Positions 1 to 10,279 are shown, counted from the first letter of the stretch. The stretch: 64,000 bases of DNA from Alphaproteobacteria bacterium (GCA_965267185.1 OZ253937.1:720909-784908); one strand, 5' to 3'. Translations and numbers: made by a program. The notes: generated by a model not told the origin, from the letters alone.

Positions 1-870
1 GAGCAACAGGTCGGCATTGACGGTACCTGCTTGGAACGCGTCGTCGAGCATCTTCACCTCTTCCGGATTGGAATCGTCGAAGATGATCTGCAAATCGCCA
101 TCGGGCTTGATGGCGAAGATGCCGTCGTTCATCACATGGGTGCCCCACAGATTGCCGTAAGCGTCGAACGCGCAGCCGTCGATGAAGCGGCCGTGGTCGC
201 TTGGGCCGTGGATCTCCTTGGTGCCCAAGCTGCCATCGTCGGCGATCTTGTAGCGCGCGATATTGCGGCCGCAGGTCTGCACGACGTAGAGGTATTCCTC
301 GTTGGCGTCGAGCTTGCACTCGTTGGAAAAATGCACGTCGTCGGCAACGATCCGCACGCCCTTATCCTCCTCGTAGAGGAGCACGCGGCCATCCACCAAA
401 TCCTTGCGGATGGCGCTCGGCCAATCGTGCACCATGGTCGAGATGGTGATCCAGATGCGGTTCTTGCTGTCGCGGCACACGAAGTTAACCTTGCCGATGG
501 GCTCGCCGTCGACGCTGTCGAACATCACTGTGGTCTCGCCGGTCCGGGTCATCCGCTCCAGACAATCGGTACCGAAATTGGAGATCAAGATGTCGCCATT
601 TTCGGCGAAGGCAAGGCCGTTGGGCAGCGTGCCTTCGACGAACTTGTGGGCGTCGTCGGTTGAGGACCCGAAGGAATCGGCGATATGCGACTGGGTGATG
701 ATCTCCTGCGACCCGTCGGGAGCGATTCTGACGACGCCGCCGCGCGCGTCGGCGGCCCAGAGGTCGCCGTTCTTTTCCGCCAGGATACATTCGGGGCGCT
801 GCAGGCCCTCGCCGATGAACTTGAAATCTTCCTTGCTAACCGTGAAACCGTCGATCGGGTTATCAGCCAT
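1..870 (-). CDS. SMP-30/gluconolactonase/LRE-like beta-propeller protein. The start is inside the window and the 3' end runs off the window edge.
   Basis: Open minus-strand frame translated by hand from ATG (complement of 868-870) with no stop down to position 1 (MADNPIDGFTVSKEDFKFIGEGLQRPECILAEKNGDLWAADARGGVVRIAPDG...). A GGGAGGA RBS lies 7 nt upstream. It is absent from the ORF track because its stop lies outside the window. Confidence 0.7.
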   Translation of the reverse strand, partial: MADNPIDGFTVSKEDFKFIGEGLQRPECILAEKNGDLWAADARGGVVRIAPDGSQEIITQSHIADSFGSSTDDAHKFVEGTLPNGLAFAENGDILISNFGTDCLERMTRTGETTVMFDSVDGEPIGKVNFVCRDSKNRIWITISTMVHDWPSAIRKDLVDGRVLLYEEDKGVRIVADDVHFSNECKLDANEEYLYVVQTCGRNIARYKIADDGSLGTKEIHGPSDHGRFIDGCAFDAYGNLWGTHVMNDGIFAIKPDGDLQIIFDDSNPEEVKMLDDAFQAGTVNADLLL

Positions 871-906
871 CTCTCTCGTTCCTCCCGGAAGTTTTGTTTT
901 TGTTTG

Positions 907-2094
907 TTAGGTGATTTCGAACAGTCCCGCTGCGCCCATGCCACCGCCGACGCACATGGTGACGACGCCGTATCTGGCGCCGCGCCGTTTGCCCTCGATA
1001 AGCAGGTGTCCGGTTAACCGTGCGCCGCTCATGCCGTAGGGATGGCCGACCGAAATGGCGCCGCCATTGACGTTGAACTTCTCCGGGTCGATGCCCAGCG
1101 TGTCGCGGCAATAGACTGTTTGCGCCGCGAACGCTTCATTGAGTTCCCACAGATCGATGTCGTCGACCGTAAGCCCCGCCTTATCGAGCAGCTTAGGCAC
1201 GGCGAGGACCGGGCCGATGCCCATTTCGTCGGGTTCGCAGCCGGCGACGGCGAAACCACGGAAATAGCCCATTGGTTCGAGCCCGCGCTGCTCGGCCAGA
1301 TCGGCATTCATAACCACAGCCGCAGAGGCGCCGTCGGAGAGCTGGCTGGCATTGCCGGGGGTGATAAACCCGCCTTCCAGAACGGGGTCGAGGCTGGCAA
1401 GGCCTTCCTCGTTGGTGTCGGGCCGGTTGCCTTCATCCTTGTCCAGCGTCACCGGCTTTTCGCTGATCTCGCCGGTCTCCCGGTTCTTGACCAGCATCAC
1501 CGAGGGCAGAGGCACGATCTCGTCGTCGAACTTGCCTGCTTGCTGCGCCGCTGCCGTGCGCATCTGGCTCGATAGCGCATACTCGTCTTGTGCCTCGCGG
1601 CTCACATCATAGCGCCGCGCGACTGTCTCCGCCGTATCGAGCATGTTCATGTAGATATCGGGCCGGTGCTCGCGCAGCCACGGGTCTTGCGCGTCGGGCT
1701 CGACCTGATGGTCGGGCGGTAGGGAGCTGATGGATTCGAGGCCGCCGGCCACGCCGATATCGATCTCGCCGACCATGATGCGCTGGGAGATCATGGCGAT
1801 GGTCTGCAGGCCCGAAGAACAGAAACGGTTGACGGTGGCCGCGCTGGCGCTCACCGGCATGCCGGCGCGCATGGCGCTCACCCGCGCCACGTTCATGCCG
1901 GTCTGGCCTTGCGGAAAACCGCAGCCGACCAGAATGTCCTCGACCTCGCCGGGATCGGTGCCGGAGCGCGTCACCGCGTGCTCGATCGCATGGCCCATGA
2001 GGTCGACGCCGTGGGTGTTGTTGAACGCGCCGCGGTACGCCTTACCAATGGGCGTACGCGCGGTCGCGACGATTACGGCTTCAGCCATCGCCAT
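907..2094 (-). CDS. acetyl-CoA C-acetyltransferase (thiolase family)
   Basis: 395 aa. N-terminus [19 protein letters not shown], active-site region [10 protein letters not shown]-terminus [11 protein letters not shown]...[13 protein letters not shown]. Confidence 0.93.
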   Translation of the reverse strand: MAMAEAVIVATARTPIGKAYRGAFNNTHGVDLMGHAIEHAVTRSGTDPGEVEDILVGCGFPQGQTGMNVARVSAMRAGMPVSASAATVNRFCSSGLQTIAMISQRIMVGEIDIGVAGGLESISSLPPDHQVEPDAQDPWLREHRPDIYMNMLDTAETVARRYDVSREAQDEYALSSQMRTAAAQQAGKFDDEIVPLPSVMLVKNRETGEISEKPVTLDKDEGNRPDTNEEGLASLDPVLEGGFITPGNASQLSDGASAAVVMNADLAEQRGLEPMGYFRGFAVAGCEPDEMGIGPVLAVPKLLDKAGLTVDDIDLWELNEAFAAQTVYCRDTLGIDPEKFNVNGGAISVGHPYGMSGARLTGHLLIEGKRRGARYGVVTMCVGGGMGAAGLFEIT

Positions 2095-2121
2095 CCGTCC
2101 TGTCTTGAGAAGGGGAGCGGT

Positions 2122-3057
2122 CTAAAACTTGACCATGTCTCCGCCCTTGAGGTCGAGGATCTCGCGCGCTTCGTCGGGCGTGGCGATATCCAGCGACAGG
2201 TCCTCGCAAATGCGGCGAATCTTCGCCACCTGCTGCGCGTTCGATTCGGCCAGCTTGCCCTTCGAAATGTAGAGCGAGTCTTCCAGACCGACGCGCACGC
2301 TGCCGCCCATCATCGCGGCCTGCGTGGTGAAGTTCATCTGATGGCGTCCCGCGGCGAGCACCGAGAATACGTAGTCTTCGCCGAACAGCCGGTCGGCCGT
2401 TGCCTTCATGTGCATCAGGTGGTCGAGCTCGGCGCCGATGCCGCCCATGATACCGAAGATGAACTGCAGGAAGATCGGCGTGCGCAGCCGGCCGGTGCGA
2501 TAGAAGTAGTGGGTGTTGTAGAGATGGCCGACGTCGTAGCACTCGTGCTCGAACTTGACCTTATGCTCGTCGTGCAGCTTCGAGATGATGTAGTCGATCT
2601 GCTTGAACGTGTTGGTGAAGATGAAGTCGTCGGTCATCTGCAGATAGGGTTTTTCCCAATCGTACTTCCAATCTTCGTAGCGGTCGGCCAGGCCGAAGAT
2701 GCCGAAATTCATCGAGCCCATGTTGAGCGAGGTGACTTCCGGCGAGGCCACTACGGCTGCGGCGATGCGCTCGTCGACGGTCATGCCCAGTCCGCCGCCG
2801 GTGGTGATGTTCACCACCGCGTCGGTGTTCTGCTTGATGCGCGGCAGAAACTGCATGAATACGTCGGGATCGGGGGTCGGCTTGCCGGTCTCGGGGTCGC
2901 GGGCGTGCAAATGGATGATCGAAGCGCCCGCTTCGGCGGCGCCGATCGAGGCCTCGGCGATCTCGTCGGGCGTGATCGGAATATGATCCGACATGGTCGG
3001 CGTATGGATCGCGCCGGTGATCGCGCACGAGATGATAACCTTACTTTGTTTTGCCAT
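2122..3057 (-). CDS. BKACE family enzyme (3-keto-5-aminohexanoate cleavage enzyme-like, DUF849)
   Basis: MAKQSKVIISCAITGAIHTP...DPDVFMQFLPRIK...VVNITTGG. Start chosen at ATG 3055-3057 with an AAGGGGGA RBS; the longer 3195 start in the ORF track is rejected. Confidence 0.85.
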   Translation of the reverse strand: MAKQSKVIISCAITGAIHTPTMSDHIPITPDEIAEASIGAAEAGASIIHLHARDPETGKPTPDPDVFMQFLPRIKQNTDAVVNITTGGGLGMTVDERIAAAVVASPEVTSLNMGSMNFGIFGLADRYEDWKYDWEKPYLQMTDDFIFTNTFKQIDYIISKLHDEHKVKFEHECYDVGHLYNTHYFYRTGRLRTPIFLQFIFGIMGGIGAELDHLMHMKATADRLFGEDYVFSVLAAGRHQMNFTTQAAMMGGSVRVGLEDSLYISKGKLAESNAQQVAKIRRICEDLSLDIATPDEAREILDLKGGDMVKF

Positions 3058-3270
3058 GAGTTTCCCCCTTGGTTCTCGACCGCCTTTGTGGGCGGCCTGA
3101 TTTTTTGGGCCGAACGGCAATAACCGTCCGCTTGAATCGGGTGGCCGCCTGGTGATGACCCATTCGCGGCCGGTTCGCGCATATCGTACAGCCAAAAACG
3201 GCCGATGGCGATATGGCGGCGATTAAAATCTGCCGCCGGGACGTCGATTGCCGGCGTCCAAGCGCGTGTT

Positions 3271-3342
3271 TTTGAAATATGCACATGGGAGGGCGGTGGC
3301 ATTTGAAATATGCAGGCGTGAAAGCGACTGCCTTTGAAATAC
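3271..3342. promoter_or_regulatory. three direct repeats TTTGAAATA(T/C) spaced 31 bp apart in the divergent BKACE/methyltransferase promoter region
   Basis: TTTGAAATATGCA at 3271 and 3302; TTTGAAATAC at 3333. Confidence 0.4.
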
Positions 3343-3414
3343 TTCGTTAATTTCCGCCCCATAGGTTGGCGCCGAATCTAACGCAGTCGCGCCATTCGCG
3401 GAGAATATGAACCG

Positions 3415-4119
3415 ATGACCTCAACAGCCGCCGTTGACAACACCGCAATCGAAGACTGCGCGCAAGGATGGGATGCCATCTATGCGCGCGGCGAGGATGC
3501 CAACGAAGAGCCGTGGACCAACGTCGTATCGTTCGTGAACCGCTTCGTTGTGCCGCGGGGCGGCGACCGGATCAGTTTCTTGGAACTGGGTTGCGGGTCA
3601 GGACCGAACTTGCGCTTCGCCGCACGCCTCGGGTTCGACTGCATCGGCATCGATGTGAGCGCGGTTGCGCTCGAGCTGTGCCAGAAACGCCTCGATCGCG
3701 ATGGTCTCTCGGCCGATATCCGCTTATGCCCGTACGGTAAACTGCCGTTCGCCGATGGGTCGTTCGACTGCGTGATCGACCGGGCATCGCTGATGTTTGC
3801 CGACGATGCCACGCTGACGCAGACGGTGAGCGAAGTGCACCGCGTGTTAAAGCCATCGGGCTTGTTCTTCCACAATACCGTGGCCGACGTCGCTGCCGCC
3901 AATTTGGTCGCCTTGCCGCGCAGCGATGCGGAGGCTGGCACGACCGACACCGCAACCTATGAGAAGTATCCCGATTTTCGCCTGTCGTCGGCGCAGGACT
4001 TGTACGACCGCTTCGGCCCCCAATGGAACGTGCGCGAGCTCAAGCGTATCGATCGCACGACCTTTGCGCCGGCGCTGGATATCGCCGCCGAATGGGAATT
4101 GGTGGCGGAAAAAGCCTGA
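3415..4119 (+). CDS. class I SAM-dependent methyltransferase
   Basis: Motif I LELGCGSGPN, acidic motif GIDVS; 234 aa. Confidence 0.85.
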   Translation: MTSTAAVDNTAIEDCAQGWDAIYARGEDANEEPWTNVVSFVNRFVVPRGGDRISFLELGCGSGPNLRFAARLGFDCIGIDVSAVALELCQKRLDRDGLSADIRLCPYGKLPFADGSFDCVIDRASLMFADDATLTQTVSEVHRVLKPSGLFFHNTVADVAAANLVALPRSDAEAGTTDTATYEKYPDFRLSSAQDLYDRFGPQWNVRELKRIDRTTFAPALDIAAEWELVAEKA

Positions 4120-4341
4120 GCCGTACCTCCGCCGGCGTTCCGAGCCGTAATCGGACTTTCTAATTTTCTAACCGCGTTTCACGTCTTCCAGCGCCACTCG
4201 CCGGGCGGCCGGTCGCGTTCGCCGGTCCTCATTCGACAGGTCATGGCGTTCGGCCTACTATGATTTGCAGCACCCGAATACCCTCTGCCAGGCCGCGTGA
4301 TGGGGTAAGTTAGTTGCGGCGGGACGAATGGAAGGTCTGCA

Positions 4342-5622
4342 ATGACTGCGACGTTATTTACCGGCGTACGCGTCATCGACGGCACCGGCGATGCGCCTTT
4401 CGATGGCGAAGTTCTCGTGAAAGGCAACCGCATCGCTACCGTCGCGCGAGCGCCTGAGGCAATCGAAGCGGGCGATGCCACCGTGGTTGACGGCGGCGGC
4501 GCGACGCTGATGCCGGGGCTCACCGACGCCCATACGCATATGAGTTTCCTGAACGCGGAGCGTTTAGAAGATCTCACGACCCTGTCGGCGGAAGCCCATG
4601 TATTGGAGACCGTGAAAGTAGCGCGGCTTTTGCTCGATCACGGCTACACCTCGGCGTTCAGCGGTAGTTCGGCGCGCGATCACACCGATATCGCAATCCG
4701 CGATGCGATCGACGCGGGCGATATCCCAGGGCCGCGGTTGCTCGCGGCAACCCGGCAACTCACCGTGACCGGCGGTTTCGGCGACTTAGGCCGCGACGGC
4801 ACGTTTGCGTCGGCTGTTCTCAATGGCCCCGATGCCTTCCGCGATGCCTGCCGCCAGGCGGCGCGCGATGGCGTCGATATTTTTAAAATCGTGCCCTCAG
4901 CGCCAGGGTCCGGGCCCGACCCGCTGGCCGAAGATACCGCGATGACCGACGAGGAGGTCGCCGCGGTGTGCGAAGTGGCGCGCCAGCGTAACCGCCGGGT
5001 GGCGGCCCACGCGCGCAGTGCCGGCGCGGTCAAGATGTGTGTGCGCAACGGGGTCGACATGGTCTACCACGCCACGCTTGCCGACGCCGAGGCCAAGGAC
5101 ATGCTCGAAGCGGCGAAGGACAGGGTGTTCGTCGCCCCGGCGATGGGCTTGCCCTATGCGCGGCTGCGCGACGCGGAATCCTTCGGCGTGGCGACCAGCG
5201 ACTATGTTCGCGCCCGTGCGGAGAAGGAGATCGAGACCGTTAGCGCCACCATGGCTGAGCTGCACGGCCGGGGCGTGCGTGTATTGCCGGGTGGCGATTA
5301 CGGATTTAAATGGAACCCCCATGGCAGAAACGCACGCGATCTTGCTATGTTTGTTGAGTGTTTTGGCTTTTCACAACTGGAAGCGATCCGCGCGGCGACG
5401 CAGTTGGGCGGTGAGTTGATGACGGCCGGTCTGGGACCCGGTCATGAGCTAGGCCAAGTGCAGGAGGGCTACTTGGCCGATCTATTGCTGGTCGACGGCG
5501 ACCCGTCGCAGGAGATCGAGATTCTGCAGGACCGCGACCGTTTCCTGGCGATCATGAAAGACGGTGTTTTCCATAAAGCGCCGCCGGCCGAGCCCCTGGC
5601 GCGGCGTCAGGCGGCGGAATAG
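4342..5622 (+). CDS. amidohydrolase family metal-dependent hydrolase
   Basis: TGVRVIDGTGDAP...MPGLTDAHTHM; 426 aa; GGAAGG RBS. Confidence 0.85.
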   Translation: MTATLFTGVRVIDGTGDAPFDGEVLVKGNRIATVARAPEAIEAGDATVVDGGGATLMPGLTDAHTHMSFLNAERLEDLTTLSAEAHVLETVKVARLLLDHGYTSAFSGSSARDHTDIAIRDAIDAGDIPGPRLLAATRQLTVTGGFGDLGRDGTFASAVLNGPDAFRDACRQAARDGVDIFKIVPSAPGSGPDPLAEDTAMTDEEVAAVCEVARQRNRRVAAHARSAGAVKMCVRNGVDMVYHATLADAEAKDMLEAAKDRVFVAPAMGLPYARLRDAESFGVATSDYVRARAEKEIETVSATMAELHGRGVRVLPGGDYGFKWNPHGRNARDLAMFVECFGFSQLEAIRAATQLGGELMTAGLGPGHELGQVQEGYLADLLLVDGDPSQEIEILQDRDRFLAIMKDGVFHKAPPAEPLARRQAAE

Positions 5623-5682
5623 CACGACGATTACATCCACGACGCGGCGGTTTAACGCCGTGCACACAAGGGAACCGAGAGA

Positions 5683-6660
5683 ATGAAACTGGTGACTTTC
5701 ACGAACGGCCCAACTGATAGCGATGGGCCGCGGGTTGGCGCGTTGAACGACGACGAGACCCGCGTGGTCGATCTCGCGGCGGCCGACAATCAGCCCTATT
5801 TCGCCACCATGCTCGACGTAATCGAAGCGGGCGATACGGCGGTCGGCCGGGCCAAGGATATCGTCGCGAGCGCGAACGGCAGCGCGTCGATTGCGCTGGC
5901 CGATGTGACCCTGAAGACGCCGGTCTTGGTGCCGCCGCAGATACGCGATTTTCTGTGCTTCGAAGAACATCTCAACAACGCCTTCGCCATGCTGCGCAAA
6001 AAGAAGGCCGAGGCCGAGCCGGACCCGGAGGAAGCGCTCATCCGGTTCGAGAAGGAAGGCGCGTTCGCGCCGCCGCAGATCTGGTACGAACAGCCGCTCT
6101 ACTACAAGCCCAGCCGCTTCGGTGTGATCGGCACCGATGAAGACGTGATCTGGCCGTTTTTCTCCGAACTGCTCGATTACGAGATGGAGTTTGGCGCCTG
6201 GCTCGGTAAATCGGGCAAGGATGTGACGCCCGAGGAGGCCAAAGATTTAATCTTCGGCTATTCGATCTTCAACGATATCAGCGCCCGCGATACGCAGGCC
6301 CGCGAGATGCCTGCTGGCTTCGGCCCTGGTAAGGGCAAGGACTTTGAAACAGGGCAGGTGATCGGCCCGTGCATCGTCACCGCCGATGCCTTCGATCCTT
6401 ATGCGGCTGAGATGATCGTGCGCGTCAATGGCGAGGAACGCTCGCGCGGCAAATCCAGCACCATGTACTGGAAGTTCGAGGACTGCATCGCTCACACGTC
6501 GCGCGCCGAGACCGTCTATCCGGGCGAGTTCTTCTGCTCCGGTACGGTCGGCTTAGGGTGCGGGCTCGAGCACGATATCTATCTCGAGCCAAACGATGTG
6601 GTCGAGCTGGAGGTCACCGGCATTGGCGTACTGCGCAACCGCATCGTGCGACCGAGCTAG
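5683..6660 (+). CDS. fumarylacetoacetate hydrolase (FAH) family protein
   Basis: FGYSIFNDISARD..., C-terminal FAH fold motifs; 325 aa. Confidence 0.85.
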   Translation: MKLVTFTNGPTDSDGPRVGALNDDETRVVDLAAADNQPYFATMLDVIEAGDTAVGRAKDIVASANGSASIALADVTLKTPVLVPPQIRDFLCFEEHLNNAFAMLRKKKAEAEPDPEEALIRFEKEGAFAPPQIWYEQPLYYKPSRFGVIGTDEDVIWPFFSELLDYEMEFGAWLGKSGKDVTPEEAKDLIFGYSIFNDISARDTQAREMPAGFGPGKGKDFETGQVIGPCIVTADAFDPYAAEMIVRVNGEERSRGKSSTMYWKFEDCIAHTSRAETVYPGEFFCSGTVGLGCGLEHDIYLEPNDVVELEVTGIGVLRNRIVRPS

Positions 6661-6781
6661 GATTTTGGGGCGCGGTCTTTGGTCGCGCCTGAAAAAACGG
6701 ACTCTACGCAGCGTATTTCTTAGTATGTGAGATCAACAAGAATCTGGTGTGAAACAATAATACCGCCAAGCGGGGGAAACG

Positions 6782-7969
6782 ATGGAAGAAATCTTTATCC
6801 AGACCGAAGAACAACGGGCCATTCTTGAATCGGTGCGCCGGTTCGTGGAGGAAGAAGTCACGCCGCGCTCAGCGGAACTCGATGCAGCGGCGGATGCCGA
6901 CCCGACGGCGGGGTATTCGACCGACATCGTCAAAGCCGCCGACGCGATGGGGTTGCGCACCATGACCCTGTCGGAAGAGCTCGGCGGCATGGGTGTCGAT
7001 TCCTTGACGACGGCGATGGTGGTCGAGGAGTTGGGGCGCGGCGACTTGGGTATCTCGGTTGTTTTCGCCCAGACCCTGAAAATCGCTGCGATCATGGAGA
7101 AGGCGTTCAACGACGACCAGAAGCAGCGGTTTTTGGCGCCGTTCGTGGACGATCCCCTGGCGATCCTCAGCATCTGTATCACCGAACCGGAAAACGCTTC
7201 GAACTACATCATTCCTTACGAGACAACGCTGAATACGAAGGCGGAAAAGACCGATGGCGGCTGGACCATCAACGGCATGAAGCACTTCATTTCCAACAGC
7301 AACCAGTCGCGCTTCTTCCTGGTGTTCGCGCAGACCGACTCCTCGGTGTCGATGCGCGACGGGGTGTCGTGCTTCGCGCTGGAGCGTGGCCATCCCGGGT
7401 TCACCGTGGGGCGGGTGCACGAAAAAATGGGCGAAAAGCTCGCCAACAATTCCGAGCTGTTTTTCGAGGATTGCTTCGTTCCCGACGAGCATCTCGTCGG
7501 CGAGGCCAATATGGGCTTCCGGACCCTCGGCCAGTTCTTCCCTTCGAGTAACTCGTATGCCGCGGCGAGTATCCTCGGTGTTGCGGTGGCCTGCTACGAG
7601 AAGGCGTTGGATTGGGCGCAGACGCGTATCCAGGGCGGCAAGCCGCTGATCGAGCATGACGGTATCCGTGCGCAACTCGCCGAGATGAAGATGCTGCTCG
7701 ATGCCTCGCGCTCGTATATCCACCGCGCCGCTTATCTGGCCGATCACCAGGAACATGGCTGGGATTTGACCTTGGGTGCTTTGCCCAAGGTGATGGCCTC
7801 GCAGGCGGCGTGGAAGATCGCTACTTGGACGCTGGAGATCCATGGCGGCCACGGTTACATGAAGGAGTCCGGTGTGCCGAAGTTGATCCGCGACGCTGCG
7901 GCGTTCCTGCACTCCGACGGCGTCAACCGGACGCTGTTGCTCCGGGCGGCCAACTTCATGGAGTGGTAG
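6782..7969 (+). CDS. acyl-CoA dehydrogenase family protein (paralog 1)
   Basis: 395 aa; ACAD N/M/C domain signatures (TEPENASN, GGKPLIEHDGIRAQLAEM, IHGGHGYMKESGV). Confidence 0.9.
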   Translation: MEEIFIQTEEQRAILESVRRFVEEEVTPRSAELDAAADADPTAGYSTDIVKAADAMGLRTMTLSEELGGMGVDSLTTAMVVEELGRGDLGISVVFAQTLKIAAIMEKAFNDDQKQRFLAPFVDDPLAILSICITEPENASNYIIPYETTLNTKAEKTDGGWTINGMKHFISNSNQSRFFLVFAQTDSSVSMRDGVSCFALERGHPGFTVGRVHEKMGEKLANNSELFFEDCFVPDEHLVGEANMGFRTLGQFFPSSNSYAAASILGVAVACYEKALDWAQTRIQGGKPLIEHDGIRAQLAEMKMLLDASRSYIHRAAYLADHQEHGWDLTLGALPKVMASQAAWKIATWTLEIHGGHGYMKESGVPKLIRDAAAFLHSDGVNRTLLLRAANFMEW

Positions 7970-8030
7970 CCCGCCCTGGGAGATATCCGCCAAAAAACAG
8001 ACCGGCTGCTGAAAGCCGGCAGGGGGCACG

Positions 8031-9212
8031 ATGGACGAAATCTTTATTCAGACTGAGGAGCAGCGGGCGATACTCGATTCGGTGCGCCGGTTCGTCGACG
8101 AAGAGGTGACGCCGCGCGCTGCCGAACTCGATGCCAATCCCGATCCCGAGGATAGCTTTTCTTGGGAAATCGTCGAAGCGGCCGACAGGATGGGCCTGCG
8201 CACCATGACCCTGACCGAAGAGTATGGCGGCATGGATACCGACATGCTGACGACGGCGATGGTGATCGAGGAACTGGGCCGCGGCGATCTTGGCACGTCG
8301 GTTGTCTTCGCCCAGACCCTCAAGATCGCCAAGTTCATGGAGCGGGTCCTCAACGACGATCAGAAGGCGCGGTCGCTGGCGCTGTTCAAGGACGACCCGC
8401 GCGCCATCCTCAGTATTTGCAGCACCGAGCCGGATAACGGCTCGAACGGTATTTTGTATTACCCGACGCCCTACAACACCAAGGCGGTGAAGACCGACGG
8501 CGGCTGGATCGCCAACGGCATGAAGCACTTCATCTCCAACTCCAACCGTTCGCGCTTCTTCATGGTATTCATGCAGACCGATCCGGAGAAGACGCTGGTC
8601 GATGGCGCCACCTGCTTCTTGTTAGAGCGCGGCCATCCCGGTTTCACCGTGGGCCGGGTGCACGACAAGCTGGGCGAGCGGCTGGCCAACAACTCGGAGC
8701 TGTTCTTCACCGATTGCTTCATTCCCGACGAGAACGTGGTCGGCGAACCGCATCAGGGAGCGGCTGTTAAGCGGGTGTTCGGTCCGTCGAGCAACATCTA
8801 TGCCGGCGCCAGTATCCTCGGCGTTGCCGTTGCCTGCTACGAAAAGGCGCTCGACTGGGCGCAGACGCGCATCCAGGGCGGCAAGCCGTTGATCGAGCAT
8901 GACGGCATCCGTGCTCAGCTCGCTGAGATGCGGATGCTGATCGATACCTCGCGCTCCTACATCCACCGCGCTGCCTGGCTGGGCGACCATCAGGACCAGG
9001 GCTGGGAGCCAAGCTATAGCTCGCTGCCCAAGGCGATGGCGTCGCAAGCGGCCTGGCAGATCGCCACCTGGATGTTGGAGATCCATGGCGGCCACGGCTA
9101 CATGAAAGAATCCGGCGTGCCGAAACTGATGCGCGACGCAGCGGCGTTTCTGCATTCCGACGGCGTCAACCGGACATTGTTCTTGCGGGCGGCCAACATG
9201 ATGTGGAGTTAG
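8031..9212 (+). CDS. acyl-CoA dehydrogenase family protein (paralog 2, tandem duplicate)
   Basis: 393 aa, about 75% identical to the upstream ACAD, including a 40-aa identical block. Confidence 0.9.
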   Translation: MDEIFIQTEEQRAILDSVRRFVDEEVTPRAAELDANPDPEDSFSWEIVEAADRMGLRTMTLTEEYGGMDTDMLTTAMVIEELGRGDLGTSVVFAQTLKIAKFMERVLNDDQKARSLALFKDDPRAILSICSTEPDNGSNGILYYPTPYNTKAVKTDGGWIANGMKHFISNSNRSRFFMVFMQTDPEKTLVDGATCFLLERGHPGFTVGRVHDKLGERLANNSELFFTDCFIPDENVVGEPHQGAAVKRVFGPSSNIYAGASILGVAVACYEKALDWAQTRIQGGKPLIEHDGIRAQLAEMRMLIDTSRSYIHRAAWLGDHQDQGWEPSYSSLPKAMASQAAWQIATWMLEIHGGHGYMKESGVPKLMRDAAAFLHSDGVNRTLFLRAANMMWS

Positions 9213-9303
9213 CGGCGGACCGGCCGGGGCTTTTCGCATCGACAGGGCTAACTGCGGCGTTAAACTAACTTCCTAACAAGAAAGTTCGGAGGAGGACGCG
9301 ATT

Positions 9304-10275
9304 ATGGCGAAATGGCAATTCACCAAAGGCCTGCACGATATCGGCAACGGTCTGTATGCCTATTTGCTGCCCGATGGTAGCTGGGGCTGGTCGAACGCCG
9401 GGCTGATCGTCGACGGCGGGGAAACCCTGCTCGTCGATACGCTGTTCACGGTTCCTCTCACTCAGGACATGCTCGACATCATGAGCGATGCCGAGCCGGC
9501 GGCGAAGACCATCGGCAAGGTGGTCAATACCCACGCCAACGCCGACCACATCTGGGGCAATCAACTGGTCAAGGATTCGGAGATCATTGCCTCGACCGGC
9601 TGCGCCGAAGAGTTCGACCACTTCAAGCCGGAGCAGATTCTGGCGATGATGGCGGACGCCAAGGCGCTGGGCGTGCTTGGCGAGTTCATGGAGTACTGCT
9701 TCACGCCCTTCGACTTTTCCGGCATCGAGCTAACCCCGCCGACCACCACGTTCGACAAGGAAATGACCGTCCAGGTCGGCGACAAGACGGTCGAACTCTA
9801 CAATGTCGGCCCGGCGCATACGCGCGGCGACGTGCTGGCCTATGTGCCCGGCGACAAGGTGATCTTCACCGGCGACATCATCTTCAACGAAGGCCATCCG
9901 GTGATTTGGGACGGCCCGATTGCCAACTGGCAAAAAGCCTGCGAGCGCATTCTGTCGCTCGATGTCGATGTGGTCGTGCCCGGCCACGGCCCGGTCACCG
10001 ACAAAGCCTATGTGCGCAAGTTCAAAGGCTATCTCGACTATATCGAGGCGGAGAGCCGCAAAGGTTTCGACGCCGGCCTGTCGGAATGGGACACCGCGTG
10101 CGAAATCTCGCTCGCTGATTATGACACTTGGCTCGACGCCGAACGGTTGATTGGCAACGTTCACGCGCTCTACCGTGAATTCCGCGATGAGGGCGAGGAG
10201 CCTGAAATCATGCCGGTATTCGAGGAAATGGCCCGGTTCCACAAAGAGGTCATTTTACCGCGCCAGCAAGGGTGA
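9304..10275 (+). CDS. MBL-fold metallo-hydrolase
   Basis: LLVDT...NTHANADHIWG (HxHxDH-like motif with Asn in place of the second His)...PGHGP; GGAGGAGG RBS. Confidence 0.85.
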   Translation: MAKWQFTKGLHDIGNGLYAYLLPDGSWGWSNAGLIVDGGETLLVDTLFTVPLTQDMLDIMSDAEPAAKTIGKVVNTHANADHIWGNQLVKDSEIIASTGCAEEFDHFKPEQILAMMADAKALGVLGEFMEYCFTPFDFSGIELTPPTTTFDKEMTVQVGDKTVELYNVGPAHTRGDVLAYVPGDKVIFTGDIIFNEGHPVIWDGPIANWQKACERILSLDVDVVVPGHGPVTDKAYVRKFKGYLDYIEAESRKGFDAGLSEWDTACEISLADYDTWLDAERLIGNVHALYREFRDEGEEPEIMPVFEEMARFHKEVILPRQQG

Positions 10276-10279
10276 CGGT

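Noticed and set aside
1909-3123. 404-aa plus-strand ORF overlapping the thiolase and BKACE genes
   Set aside because: It is antisense to two well-supported family-recognisable genes. Its composition is Arg/Ala/Gly-rich, typical of spurious open frames in high-GC DNA.
3058-3195. N-terminal extension of the BKACE gene
   Set aside because: The ATG at 3055-3057 has a strong AAGGGGGA RBS and gives the conserved MAK...VIISCAITG start. The extension is Arg/Pro-rich, non-conserved-looking sequence.
6869-8029. 386-aa minus-strand ORF antisense to the first acyl-CoA dehydrogenase
   Set aside because: Antisense artefact. It has no motifs and a low-complexity, Arg-rich composition.
10151-10279. N-terminal extension of the CoA ligase to position 10151, as in the ORF track
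   Set aside because: It would overlap the 3' end of the MBL gene by 125 bp. The internal ATG at 10280 yields a canonical ligase N-terminus.
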